Origin: Patescibacteria group bacterium
Lineage (GTDB): Bacteria; Patescibacteriota; Patescibacteriia; 2-01-FULL-39-33
Direction: 5' to 3'
Length of the DNA stretch: 64,000 bases
Assembly (NCBI GenBank): GCA_041650895.1
Contig: JBAZKF010000001.1
Coordinates: 509,006 to 573,005 of the forward strand
The notes under the pieces were generated by a model. It searched no databases. It worked only from the letters and a program-made list of their open reading frames with translations, and was not told the origin of the DNA. The translations under genes and the position numbers were made by a program. Below, piece after piece: positions 17,969 to 27,582 of the stretch. Positions within the stretch are counted from its first letter, which is position 1, and every line of letters begins with the position of its first letter.

Positions 17969-20701
17969 TTAGCCGAATAATCCTTCTTTATCTTCTGGTT
18001 CTTTTGACTGCGTCGGCTGATTATCAGCGATCGGCGGAACATTGGTAAATTGACTCTCATTAACCGGCCTTGTTTCTTCTGAGACTTCTTTAATAAGCGT
18101 ATTTTCTGAGGGCACGGCCGATTGATCGGTTTCTTGAGTCTCAACTGCTTCCATTATTTGTTCCTTTCCCTGTTTTAAACCGATATTCTGTTTAACCACG
18201 GCTTCGGCCGCGGTCTGGCCGGTTAAATCGATTATTGGGGTCTTAGCTTGGGCATAGCCGTCCTTGCTGGCAGTCAAATAATACTTATTATTTTCCGCCA
18301 AAAACCCATATTCACCGCGATTATTAGTCACATAGAACTCCAACATACGGCCGTATTCGGGAGAGAAAATCCTAATCACCGCTTTGGCCAAAGATTTCTT
18401 ATTGGTCAAGTCATAAACCCTGCCCCAACTGCGTTTTCCTTTGGGTTTATCGGCTAGACGCTTAAAAATCAAAAGTAGCGATAGATGTAAAGCTAAAATC
18501 AAAGCGGAAAAAATAGAAGGATAAATAAAAGCATAGATAAAGGCCAAAATGGGACCGATTAAACTAAGACTGGCCGCCCAATACCCCTTGCGAAACTTCG
18601 CTATAGCCTGTTTATCTGTTATCGCCAAATTCTTATCCGAATCCAACGGAATATTCGGAGCTATCGTACCCATTGAACCGGCGGGAATATTGATGGTTTC
18701 ACCAAAATACAAGTCCAGATACTGGCCATCTGACTTTTTGCCGGCTAAAATCTCCGAGGGATAAATAAAACCAGACTTTTCAACCCTAATGACGTACTGG
18801 CCTTCCGGAGCAAAGAAAATAAATCTTCCGAATTTATCAGTTACCCGAGAAGTCACTAAGCGGTCAGTCGCCTTGTTGTATAAGCGGACCAGCGCCAAAT
18901 CAACTGGTTTCTTGGTGATAGAATTGAACACTACACCCCAATCCTTACGACGTCGCCGAAACAAGAAAAGCCAAGGTTGGGTAAATAAGAATTGCAAAAT
19001 AGAGAAACTCCAAAAAGGCACAACTAAACTGACATTAATCAAGGCTAAGCCCACGGTTACCTGAGCGATTATTTTGCCCATCGGCGACTGGGCGATATCT
19101 CTGATCGGCGTTAAAAATTCCGCCATTGCCCTTAGTAAAGCGACGCCTGGCAGTTGTTCTATGATTTCTAACGGCCTAACCAAAGCGACTGACACTAACC
19201 AACCAGATACTTCCGCCAACTGAGCTCCAATGGAATCTTGCGCGGAAAATCTTAAATCATAACGGCCGGCCGGTATGGGAGAAAATTGAGCGGCATAAGT
19301 ATTACTGACGGCATCATAGGTTAAAAAATAAACATAATTATTGACGGCCGAGGATAAATCCATCTTGATCCTATCCGTACCCCCGGGAACTTTATCGGCG
19401 GCGATATAAACAGTGATCATCCCACCGTCAGCAGAAACAGTGACCGTACCATCGGCGGAAAAAACACTAATTGACTCATCTTGGCTAAAAATAAAATCGC
19501 CTAAATTGATCTGTGGCGGAATGATTGGCGGAGTCGTCGTCGGTGTGGTGGTCGGAATAATCGGCGGAGTAGTGGTCACAGTGAAGGGCACGCCATTGAT
19601 GCCGACACCACTGGAATAAAAACCAAAAGAATTAAAAGAAAAAATCGAATAGTAATATCTGGTACCGTTAACCAAGCCGGGATTAGCCAGACTGACTCGC
19701 CCGTCCGGAACTGACTCGCCCAAACCGCTGTATATGGCTATACCGGAAGTTAACGAGGGGTAACCCAAGGTAGAGCGACGGATGTACGCGCCGGTAAAAT
19801 CCGGCTCCGCTGGGTTGCGCCAAAATAAAGTCAAGATACTGTCACCCTCAACTATGCTCAAATCAGTCACATTGGATGGTGTGGTTGTCGGAGTGGTAGT
19901 AGGAGAGCTTATGGGCACACCGCTAATACTGGCGCCGGAAGCAAAATTACCGATAGAATCATAAGCAAAAGCAGTATAATAGTATCTCGTGCCATTAATC
20001 AAGCCGGTGTTTAAAAAGCTGATTTCCGGACTGACGGCCGGCTCGCCCCAGCCGTCATAAACCAATACGCCCGAAGCTAAAGCGGGATAATCAACGGTGG
20101 AACGCCTAATAGTGACGCCGGCAAAGTCAGTACTGGTGGGGTTCTGCCAGAATAGGGTTAATCGGCTATCCCCGGCTACCAAACGCAAGCCGTCAACGTT
20201 GGCAATCAAAGCCGGCGTCGAAGCGCTCTTAGTGGTAAAATCATAATCACCCGTCTGAGCCGATCCGCCGGTTGTATTCTGGCAAGCAAGATAGAAATGA
20301 TATAGGGTTGCTTGACTAAGAGAGGTTATGGATGATGAATGGGCTGTTACGGGTGATACCTCAGCGGCTTGACCAGTCAAATAATCGGTGGTGGTACCCC
20401 AATGCAACTGACAATAAGCGGAACTATTAGTCTGCCAAGTAATCGTGGCTCCGCTAATCGTAGTCGTGGCCACTCTAACATCAGAAATTACAAAACCACC
20501 GCCGCAATCAGTGCAGGGAGGCGGGCAATCACTGGGACAATTATCATTAGTTTCTCCGGTTTCGCAAACGCCGTTATTATTACAGACGGAGGCAACGACC
20601 GACACGTCAACGCTAAAACTGTCACTGGAGGTTACAGCCGAAACCGTCAGCGGTAAAAGAGCAAGAAAAAGGATAAAAGCTATTTTTTTAACCGCTGGCA
20701 T
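17969..20701 (-). CDS. large surface/membrane protein (910 aa): FN3-like domains, T/P-rich linker, TM segments interleaved with CarboxypepD_reg-like domains, acidic C-terminal tail
   Basis: Signal peptide MPAVKKIAFILFLALLPLTVSA. Three FN3-like modules (TLFW(Q/R)NP...GTRYYY). TTTPPIIPTTTPTTTPPIIPP linker. Hydrophobic helices, and KFGRFIFFAPEGQYVIRVEKSGF / NNRGEYGFL...YYLTASKDGY beta-sandwich motifs. Confidence 0.7.
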   Translation of the reverse strand: MPAVKKIAFILFLALLPLTVSAVTSSDSFSVDVSVVASVCNNNGVCETGETNDNCPSDCPPPCTDCGGGFVISDVRVATTTISGATITWQTNSSAYCQLHWGTTTDYLTGQAAEVSPVTAHSSSITSLSQATLYHFYLACQNTTGGSAQTGDYDFTTKSASTPALIANVDGLRLVAGDSRLTLFWQNPTSTDFAGVTIRRSTVDYPALASGVLVYDGWGEPAVSPEISFLNTGLINGTRYYYTAFAYDSIGNFASGASISGVPISSPTTTPTTTPSNVTDLSIVEGDSILTLFWRNPAEPDFTGAYIRRSTLGYPSLTSGIAIYSGLGESVPDGRVSLANPGLVNGTRYYYSIFSFNSFGFYSSGVGINGVPFTVTTTPPIIPTTTPTTTPPIIPPQINLGDFIFSQDESISVFSADGTVTVSADGGMITVYIAADKVPGGTDRIKMDLSSAVNNYVYFLTYDAVSNTYAAQFSPIPAGRYDLRFSAQDSIGAQLAEVSGWLVSVALVRPLEIIEQLPGVALLRAMAEFLTPIRDIAQSPMGKIIAQVTVGLALINVSLVVPFWSFSILQFLFTQPWLFLFRRRRKDWGVVFNSITKKPVDLALVRLYNKATDRLVTSRVTDKFGRFIFFAPEGQYVIRVEKSGFIYPSEILAGKKSDGQYLDLYFGETINIPAGSMGTIAPNIPLDSDKNLAITDKQAIAKFRKGYWAASLSLIGPILAFIYAFIYPSIFSALILALHLSLLLIFKRLADKPKGKRSWGRVYDLTNKKSLAKAVIRIFSPEYGRMLEFYVTNNRGEYGFLAENNKYYLTASKDGYAQAKTPIIDLTGQTAAEAVVKQNIGLKQGKEQIMEAVETQETDQSAVPSENTLIKEVSEETRPVNESQFTNVPPIADNQPTQSKEPEDKEGLFG

Positions 20702-20703
20702 AA

Positions 20704-21459
20704 TTAATTGGTATAGGCGGTAAGAGTAACAGTGGCGCTGTAACTGCCTGCCGATTGATTGACGTCAGCGCCAGCCTCGGCACGCAATTTAATGGTTGTG
20801 GCAGTACCGACAACATCAGCCGCCGCTGATTGAGCAATGGTTTTATCGCTGGTTGTCAATTCATCCCAACAGGCATTGGGATTATCCGCTACTCCGCCGA
20901 TATTGCACGTCGCTCCGTCATCCCGATAGGTGGAAGTAATATCTGATCCTTCGGGAGTAAAACCAAAACCCGAAGCGGCAGATGTTACCGACCAGGTATA
21001 ATCAGGATCAGCGCCGGCCTTAACGTAGTCAGCAAAGCTGTTTATCCCAGAAACCAAGGCGGGGGCTGACCCGGCTTTAATCTGCAAAGTATAACCAAGC
21101 GCGCCGCTGGTCCTAACCGTCGCTATAGTGGAGCCATTGGCTATACCGCCTAAAGTTGAATTAATTGAAGGCGAAAGCGAAACGCTGGAATCAGCAACAG
21201 TTAAAGCGACATAAGTTGTTTCATCCAACTGCTGGAAGCCGGCGTTAGTTTGGTAAGTGGTGCTGGTGGAAAGACCGGTACCGATTTCACCGCCGGTTTG
21301 CTCTAAATCATAAGTGGTGGAGGTACTTAATCCGCCGATAAAATTAAGAGAATCACGTTGCAACTCATAATTGGTTGACGACATAACATAAGCCCAAACC
21401 GGCGAAGCGAAAGTAATTAAAAAAACAGCGATAATTAAAAAAAATATTTTATTTTTCAT
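20704..21459 (-). CDS. secreted Thr/Ser-rich protein, possible degenerate WxL-like surface domain
   Basis: Signal peptide MKNKIFFLIIAVFLITFASPVWA. YTWSV and SATVTLTAY segments sit where WxL motifs would be. Overlaps the downstream gene by 4 nt (ATGA). Confidence 0.45.
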   Translation of the reverse strand: MKNKIFFLIIAVFLITFASPVWAYVMSSTNYELQRDSLNFIGGLSTSTTYDLEQTGGEIGTGLSTSTTYQTNAGFQQLDETTYVALTVADSSVSLSPSINSTLGGIANGSTIATVRTSGALGYTLQIKAGSAPALVSGINSFADYVKAGADPDYTWSVTSAASGFGFTPEGSDITSTYRDDGATCNIGGVADNPNACWDELTTSDKTIAQSAAADVVGTATTIKLRAEAGADVNQSAGSYSATVTLTAYTN

Positions 21460-22397
21460 ATCGTTTTACTCTTACTCCGGCGTCGTTTCAGCCAAAAGAT
21501 AGCGCTGATTACCGCAATAACCGCGACAACAATTAGAATCGTAAAAATCCAAGACGGTAAAACCCAGAAACCAGCATAACTCTCGGTATAACTCTGGCCA
21601 TAACCGGGATTCAATAATAATTTGACGCGATACCAGCCGAATTTCGGCTGAGTGAACTCTAATGTCTGCGTTCGTGTCGTTTCCGGCATGACAAAGTAAG
21701 CGGGAATCTTTATTTTCTCTTTAGTCTGTCCTAAAAAATTCAATAAGGATATTTCTCCGGAGGGGTTTAAATAAATATTTCCGGTATTCTTAAAAGAAAA
21801 ACCGACTTTAACCGGGGCGGAGCTATTAAGGTTTTTCTCTGCTTTAAGGCCGGTTAATTCTCCTGATTCCTCAACCGCACCGCTGACTCGGACAAAATAG
21901 AGCGAGGCTAAGCGCGAAACCGGCTTGACCCGTCCGGCGCTATCTTCCGAATCCGCCACAGTAGGGGCGACTACACTGATTAGGACTGCGCCATAAAGCC
22001 CGCCAGGCGGGGCATCAATAGGCACCTTCACTTCTACTGGCAGTTCCATTCGTTCGCCATGCAGCAAGGAAAAGCTCATTACCTCTGGGTGTAAAAAATC
22101 CTTTAGGGAATATTGCCCTTTCTGCGCGCCCAGGAATTCCAAATCAACACCACTTTGAGCGGTAAAATCCTCCACAGCCACAGAAAAATTCAAGGGTTGG
22201 CCAGAACGATTGATGACCGCCACTAAGGTTTTCTCGTTTTGTCCCGGGTTCAGACGTAATTCTTTTTTTCCACCTTCCAGAACAAAATCATTAAAATTTC
22301 CTACGTTGGTTAGCGGAGTGACTGTATAAGCGGTAGAGCAAAGCGGAGCCAAAACCAGCAAACAAAAAGTTGCCAGCCAAATTGTTCGTTTAGGCAT
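21456..22397 (-). CDS. cell-surface protein with C-terminal TM anchor and basic tail (CscA / DUF916-DUF3324-like)
   Basis: Signal peptide, beta-rich ectodomain, then C-terminal LPSWIFTILIVVAVIAVISAIFWLKRRRSKSKTI (a TM helix plus a cationic tail). Confidence 0.5.
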   Translation of the reverse strand: MPKRTIWLATFCLLVLAPLCSTAYTVTPLTNVGNFNDFVLEGGKKELRLNPGQNEKTLVAVINRSGQPLNFSVAVEDFTAQSGVDLEFLGAQKGQYSLKDFLHPEVMSFSLLHGERMELPVEVKVPIDAPPGGLYGAVLISVVAPTVADSEDSAGRVKPVSRLASLYFVRVSGAVEESGELTGLKAEKNLNSSAPVKVGFSFKNTGNIYLNPSGEISLLNFLGQTKEKIKIPAYFVMPETTRTQTLEFTQPKFGWYRVKLLLNPGYGQSYTESYAGFWVLPSWIFTILIVVAVIAVISAIFWLKRRRSKSKTI

Positions 22398-22452
22398 AGA
22401 TATTATTTAACTTTCAATTATATTATAACACAGAAGCCGTGAGATGAGAAAA

Positions 22453-22905
22453 TTATTCAGCTTCTTGTCGATATGCTGACCAAACCAAGAAAATCAAACC
22501 GCCGACAATAGCGCAGTCAGCTAAATTGAAAATAGAAAAATATCGCACATCGATATAATCAATCACGCGGGCGTAATACAAACGATCAAGAAAATTAGAC
22601 CAAGCGCCGACCCAAACCAAAAGCAAAGACAACAATTGCCCACTGTTTTTACGACAAAAAAGTATTAGTCCGTAATAAGACAGTGCCCCAAAAGCCAACA
22701 GATATAAAATGATTATCAGCCAATAGTTAACCGGTAAGCCGAAAGCTACGCCAGAGTTAAAGGCCAAACGTAAACTTAACCATTGGCCAAGAGGAAAAAT
22801 GACCTCGGACCAAGAGTGAATAAACAGCCATTTAAGGCCGCGATCAAATATAAAAACCGCAATCGGCGCCAAAAGGGTAATTGCGGTTTTGAGATCTTTC
22901 ATCAT
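22453..22905 (-). CDS. lspA: lipoprotein signal peptidase II
   Basis: Conserved AFNSGVAFGL and FNLADCAIVGG motifs in four TM helices. The start is trimmed to the internal Met (M16 of the longest ORF, 22903-22905) so it does not overlap the DksA-like gene. Confidence 0.8.
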   Translation of the reverse strand: MMKDLKTAITLLAPIAVFIFDRGLKWLFIHSWSEVIFPLGQWLSLRLAFNSGVAFGLPVNYWLIIILYLLAFGALSYYGLILFCRKNSGQLLSLLLVWVGAWSNFLDRLYYARVIDYIDVRYFSIFNLADCAIVGGLIFLVWSAYRQEAE

Positions 22906-22910
22906 AAATC

Positions 22911-23288
22911 TTAACTTTGGCCTTTGAGCGATTTCTTGCAGGAAACGCAAGAAGTGGATTCGGGACGGATGGCTAGACGCCCGGCCTCAATTTCTTTGCC
23001 GCAATGCTTGCACTTGCCGTAAGTGCCTTCGACAATCTTCTTTAAGGCCTTCTCTACATCATGAAGATTATCCTCCAATTCATGTTCCAATGAAAGATTA
23101 GTGGCGTAATCAGAAACCTCAGAAGCGTTATCTTCAATTGACTGGCTATTGCCATAATCAGGAAAATCAGCGTTAAAATTGACTTCATCGCCTTCAGCGC
23201 GAGTGCCAATAGCATCCAAATGCTTGATGATCTCCGCTTTTTTGGCCTCGAGTTGTAATTTGAATTGTTGCAGTTGCTGATCATTCAT
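22911..23288 (-). CDS. DksA/TraR-family C4 zinc-finger protein
   Basis: Coiled-coil N-terminus and a C-terminal CKHCGKEIEAGRLAIRPESTSCVSC (CxxC-x17-CxxC) motif. Confidence 0.7.
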   Translation of the reverse strand: MNDQQLQQFKLQLEAKKAEIIKHLDAIGTRAEGDEVNFNADFPDYGNSQSIEDNASEVSDYATNLSLEHELEDNLHDVEKALKKIVEGTYGKCKHCGKEIEAGRLAIRPESTSCVSCKKSLKGQS

Positions 23289-23344
23289 AACATTATAAAT
23301 AATACTTAAAGATAGCATAATTATATTATGCCTGGAGAATTATG

Positions 23345-24052
23345 TCAATCTTGGATTAAACGCACCAAGGCGGCAAGCGCTGCCGTTTCGGCGCGCAAAA
23401 TTCTGCGTCCCAAAGTGACAGTCAGACAGCCAGCTTCCTGAGCCAACATAATCTCTTCCGTTGACCAACCACCCTCCGGACCGACGAACAGGTTAATTTT
23501 TTCTTCCAAATGATCTTCCAAAAGACGATTTTCTTCACCCTCGTAAGCGATTAGGCGAATACCACCCTCACGACCCAATCCTTGCAGGGCCTGGCTAAAA
23601 GTCAAAGCCGGCGCCACTTCGGTTAATACGACGGCTCCGCACTGTTCCGAAGCTTCTCGTACTATTTCCCTAAAACGCTGTAATTTAGGCAGGCGCACTT
23701 CACGAACAATAGAGCGCTCGCTAATAATCGGCACGATTTTGGCTGCGCCTATTTCCGTGGCTTTCTGCAACACCCATTCAAATTTATCAGTCTTAAGTAA
23801 TGATTGGTACAATGTTATCCGCCGTTCCGGTTCGCGTAAGCCCGGTTTCTGGTCAATCAACAAAAACCTGGCCTCATTCTTGGTCAACTTAATCAACTGA
23901 CCCAGATATTCCCAGCCGGAATTATTAAACAGTAAAAACTTATCGCCTTCTTTGGCGCGCAACACATTGGCTAATTGCCTGATCAAGATTTCATTGTCGC
24001 TAATCGCGTAATTGTCGCGAAAATCTTGTAGCGGTATATAAAAACGCTGCAT
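23345..24052 (-). CDS. rsmE: 16S rRNA (uracil1498-N3)-methyltransferase
   Basis: 235 aa with an MQRFYIP N-terminus and a C-terminal SPOUT-type LGRRILRAETAALAAL motif typical of RsmE. Confidence 0.8.
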   Translation of the reverse strand: MQRFYIPLQDFRDNYAISDNEILIRQLANVLRAKEGDKFLLFNNSGWEYLGQLIKLTKNEARFLLIDQKPGLREPERRITLYQSLLKTDKFEWVLQKATEIGAAKIVPIISERSIVREVRLPKLQRFREIVREASEQCGAVVLTEVAPALTFSQALQGLGREGGIRLIAYEGEENRLLEDHLEEKINLFVGPEGGWSTEEIMLAQEAGCLTVTLGRRILRAETAALAALVRLIQD

Positions 24053-24109
24053 AGGCGAATAACAATTGAATAAAAATACTTAATTTGCTATGGTTAATTA
24101 TAGCAAAAT

Positions 24110-25339
24110 ATGACAAAATCTAAAATCCCCCAACTAATCAAACAAGAAATAGAACGCCAGAAGAACGGACTGGTAATGATTGCTTCGGAAAATTACTGCC
24201 CGCAAAACATTCTAGATGCCATGGGTACGCCCTTATCCAATAAATACGCCGAGGGCTATCCGGGCAAGCGTTATTATTCCGGAAATAAATACATTGATGG
24301 AATAGAAACAGAAACGCAAAGATTGTGTCTGAAAATATTCAATCTCAAACCGGAAAACTGGTACGCCAATGTCCAGCCTCATTCAGGATCATCAGCTAAT
24401 CTGGCATGTTATTTGGGTTTGCTTCAGCCGGGCGATAAAATCATGGCTATGGATCTCTCTGCCGGCGGGCATCTAACGCACGGCTCACCGGTCAATTTCT
24501 CCGGTCAACTGTTTAAATTCATCCATTACGGCGTAAATAAAAAAACAGAGCGATTAGATTATAACACTATCGCCGAATTGGCCAAAAAAGAACGGCCCAA
24601 AATGATTGTCTGCGGGGCCACCGCTTACCCGCGTTTAATTGATTTCAAAAAATTCCGCCGAATCGCCGATGCCTGCGGGGCGTTGCTCTTAGCTGATATC
24701 GCTCATATTGCCGGATTAATTGTCGCCGGAGAACATCCTTCACCCTTTCCTTATGCCGATATTGTCACCTCCACCACCCACAAAACTTTAGGCGGACCGC
24801 GCAGCGCCTTTATTGTTTGTCGCGCCGATTTGGCCAAGGCGATTGACAAGGCTGTCTTCCCTGGCTTGCAAGGCGGACCGCTGGAGAATATCATAGCGGC
24901 TAAAGCTCTATGCTTTGAGCGGGCGTTGTCAAAAAATTTCAGCAAGATACAAAAGCAAACCATAACTAATGCTCGGATGTTGGCAGAAACCCTAAAGGAT
25001 TCCGGCTTGCGCCTCGTTTCCGGAGGCAGTGATAACCATTTGCTTCTGGCAGATATGCGCTCGACCGGCCTGACCGGAAAAACCACTGCCGACGCCTTGG
25101 AACGCGCTGAGATTTATGCCAATGCCAATATGATTCCTTATGATCCGGCCAAACCGCTTAATCCTTCCGGTTTACGTCTGGGTACAGCCGCTCTTACGAC
25201 GCGCGGAATGAAAGAAAAGGAGATGAGGCTGATCGGACTTTGGATCGCCGAAATCATCAAACGGCCGAATGATGAAAAACTGACAGCGAGAATAAAAAAA
25301 GAAGTCCGTCAACTGACGAAAAAATTTCCGATTTATTAA
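24110..25339 (+). CDS. glyA: serine hydroxymethyltransferase
   Basis: HLTHGSPVNFSG and TTHKTLGGPR (PLP-lysine) signatures over the full 409 aa. Confidence 0.95.
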   Translation: MTKSKIPQLIKQEIERQKNGLVMIASENYCPQNILDAMGTPLSNKYAEGYPGKRYYSGNKYIDGIETETQRLCLKIFNLKPENWYANVQPHSGSSANLACYLGLLQPGDKIMAMDLSAGGHLTHGSPVNFSGQLFKFIHYGVNKKTERLDYNTIAELAKKERPKMIVCGATAYPRLIDFKKFRRIADACGALLLADIAHIAGLIVAGEHPSPFPYADIVTSTTHKTLGGPRSAFIVCRADLAKAIDKAVFPGLQGGPLENIIAAKALCFERALSKNFSKIQKQTITNARMLAETLKDSGLRLVSGGSDNHLLLADMRSTGLTGKTTADALERAEIYANANMIPYDPAKPLNPSGLRLGTAALTTRGMKEKEMRLIGLWIAEIIKRPNDEKLTARIKKEVRQLTKKFPIY

Positions 25340-25360
25340 AAAATTGTAACAAATAAAAAC

Positions 25361-25394
25361 GAGCCGTAACTCACGCGAGTTACGGCTCTTTATT
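25361..25394. terminator. bidirectional terminator (glyA / nadE convergent)
   Basis: gagccgtaactc-acgc-gagttacggctc 12-bp stem followed by tttatt. Confidence 0.7.
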
Positions 25395-25472
25395 AATGTG
25401 CTATTTTAATCTTAGGCCTCTATTCTCTTCAATCGCCGAAAAATTATCTTCCGGCGCGGCAACTATCTGTTC

Positions 25473-27563
25473 TTACGCTTTTTCTGCAGCTAACGCTTTA
25501 GCCATATCATCAAGAAATTTACGCCAGCTGCTGGGGAAAGCCATATCCGAGGGCAAACGCAAATCAGCCCGGGGACTGGCGGATAATGTTCCCACTTTGG
25601 GTCCGTTAGGACTGGCATCGCGTTTGAACTGATTTTTCAACAACTGATGTAAAAAAGTTTCCAACCACTTAAGTAAATCTTCTGGTTCATAAACACCCTT
25701 AAAAGCTTCACAAACCAACTGAAATAAACGTCTCGGCGAATTGCCGGCGCGAATAAAATGATACATATCAAAATCAAGCGCCGGATATTGACCGATTATT
25801 TCTTCCGTAATTTGAGAGATATGTATTCCATCTGACTTAACCAACTCAGCCGAGGCTTCTTTGTCTAAGATATGATAGATGATTGACGAAACTTCGGGGC
25901 CGAATAACTGCTTATCGGCAATCCATTTCAACAACTTATTAACCAAAGTTTTGGGGATGCCGCAATTGGGGTTGTACATGCTCATCTGATCACCGTTATA
26001 GGTGCAATAACCCAAAATGCTTTCCGACAAATTGCCGGTACCGATAGTAAAGCCCAAATCCATGACAGTCTGCGTTCGTTCGCGCGCCTGAGCATTCTCG
26101 CATTGCAGACAATTCCAGCAGGGCTCATGGCCAATAGCGCGCAAATGAGCGGTAACTTGTTCTTCAATCCCGACTTCCTTAAAGGTCGCGCCTAAGGCGT
26201 TAATCAAGTCAACGGCATCCTGGTAGGTTCCAGTAGGTCCGAAGGTCGTCCCTGGTCCAGGCATGGTTACGGCTGTGATTTTTTTCATATCCCAACCGCC
26301 GTAACGGCAAGCCAAAGCCAAATTAAGAAAAGCTAAGGTTGAATCGCGACCGCCGGAAATGGCAATCGCCGCCTTAAGCTTCTCCGGGTCAGGGAAGACT
26401 CGCCGCAACCGCTCAAACAAACCGATTGACGCGATTATGAGAATGCGTTCGCAACGTTTATCCAGAGTATCGGGATCACCGGGCACAAACGGATAGGAAT
26501 CGATTTTCCTCAGCCAATTCTTATCACCGCAAATACTCAATAAATCAATGGGCACCGTCCGCGCCTTATGCTTCCAACCCCTTAGCGTATTAGAATTACT
26601 CTTATTGCGCAAACGCTCGTTATTTAAACGATGAATATCCACATCTGCTACCAATAATTCAGCTTCTTCTGCCTTATATTGTCCGCCAAACAGCGGATTG
26701 CTGTTGCCGGAATTAAACGGTTGGCGTTCCGCCAGAATACTGCCGTTCTCGGCAATCAGGCAGTGCCCGCCAAAAACCGTTTCAGCGGTGGACTCGCCTT
26801 GGCCGGCCGAGCAATAAATATAAGCGCAGACCGAATTGCCGGAAATCGCCTTAGCCAAAATATCACACCGATAATCCTCCTTGCCCACCAATTCATTAGA
26901 GGCCGACAAATTAAAAATAATATTAGCTCCGTTATCGGCATGAAACAGCGAGGGTCGCAAATTAGCCCAGCTATCCTCACAAATTTCCCCGGCTAACACG
27001 CCCAAACAACCCCCCCCGGACGTAAGCAAAGGAAAAATCAAATCGTTGCCTATAGGCACAAGGGCAGTTTTATCACCCCAAGCTGTAGGCATGGAGATTT
27101 CCGTGTCATCACCCAACAAGGAAGCTGAATTAAACCAACGATTTTCGTAAAATTCACCGTAATTCGGTAAGAACGTTTTGGCAATCACCCCTATAACTCG
27201 CCCATAATGGCAAACCGCCGCCACATTAAACAGCTTATCTTGAAAATACACAGGCAAACCGATAAGACTGATCAAATTAAATTCGGATGTTGCTGTCAGA
27301 TAAATCTGTAATGCCTTCAGGGCATCGCTAAGCAGTCCGGCATTAAGGAAACCGTCACCCAAAGAATATCCTGTCAAATTCAATTCCGGAAAACACAGCA
27401 CATCAACGTGTCGCGCGATCGCCTGATGAGCGTAAGAAACGGCGATTTGGGAATTCTTTATCGCATCGCCGATAAACACCCTGGGTACAGCCGTAGCGAC
27501 GCGCAAAAACCCCATTTGCCGATGATCCAATTTCAAACTAAGAGGCAAGTTTCTTACTGGCAT
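25473..27563 (-). CDS. nadE: glutamine-dependent NAD+ synthetase (CN-hydrolase + synthetase domains)
   Basis: N-terminal nitrilase-like domain (CFPELNLTGY, catalytic C in EICED) and a C-terminal SGGRDS P-loop. The 696 aa length matches the long NadE type. Confidence 0.9.
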   Translation of the reverse strand: MPVRNLPLSLKLDHRQMGFLRVATAVPRVFIGDAIKNSQIAVSYAHQAIARHVDVLCFPELNLTGYSLGDGFLNAGLLSDALKALQIYLTATSEFNLISLIGLPVYFQDKLFNVAAVCHYGRVIGVIAKTFLPNYGEFYENRWFNSASLLGDDTEISMPTAWGDKTALVPIGNDLIFPLLTSGGGCLGVLAGEICEDSWANLRPSLFHADNGANIIFNLSASNELVGKEDYRCDILAKAISGNSVCAYIYCSAGQGESTAETVFGGHCLIAENGSILAERQPFNSGNSNPLFGGQYKAEEAELLVADVDIHRLNNERLRNKSNSNTLRGWKHKARTVPIDLLSICGDKNWLRKIDSYPFVPGDPDTLDKRCERILIIASIGLFERLRRVFPDPEKLKAAIAISGGRDSTLAFLNLALACRYGGWDMKKITAVTMPGPGTTFGPTGTYQDAVDLINALGATFKEVGIEEQVTAHLRAIGHEPCWNCLQCENAQARERTQTVMDLGFTIGTGNLSESILGYCTYNGDQMSMYNPNCGIPKTLVNKLLKWIADKQLFGPEVSSIIYHILDKEASAELVKSDGIHISQITEEIIGQYPALDFDMYHFIRAGNSPRRLFQLVCEAFKGVYEPEDLLKWLETFLHQLLKNQFKRDASPNGPKVGTLSASPRADLRLPSDMAFPSSWRKFLDDMAKALAAEKA

Positions 27564-27582
27564 TCTTTTATTCTCCTTCCAC

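Noticed and set aside
27010-27017. C8 homopolymer inside nadE considered as a phase-variation tract or frameshift
   Set aside because: The reading frame is intact across it (696-aa continuous NadE). It is noted only as a potential slippage or sequencing-error hotspot.
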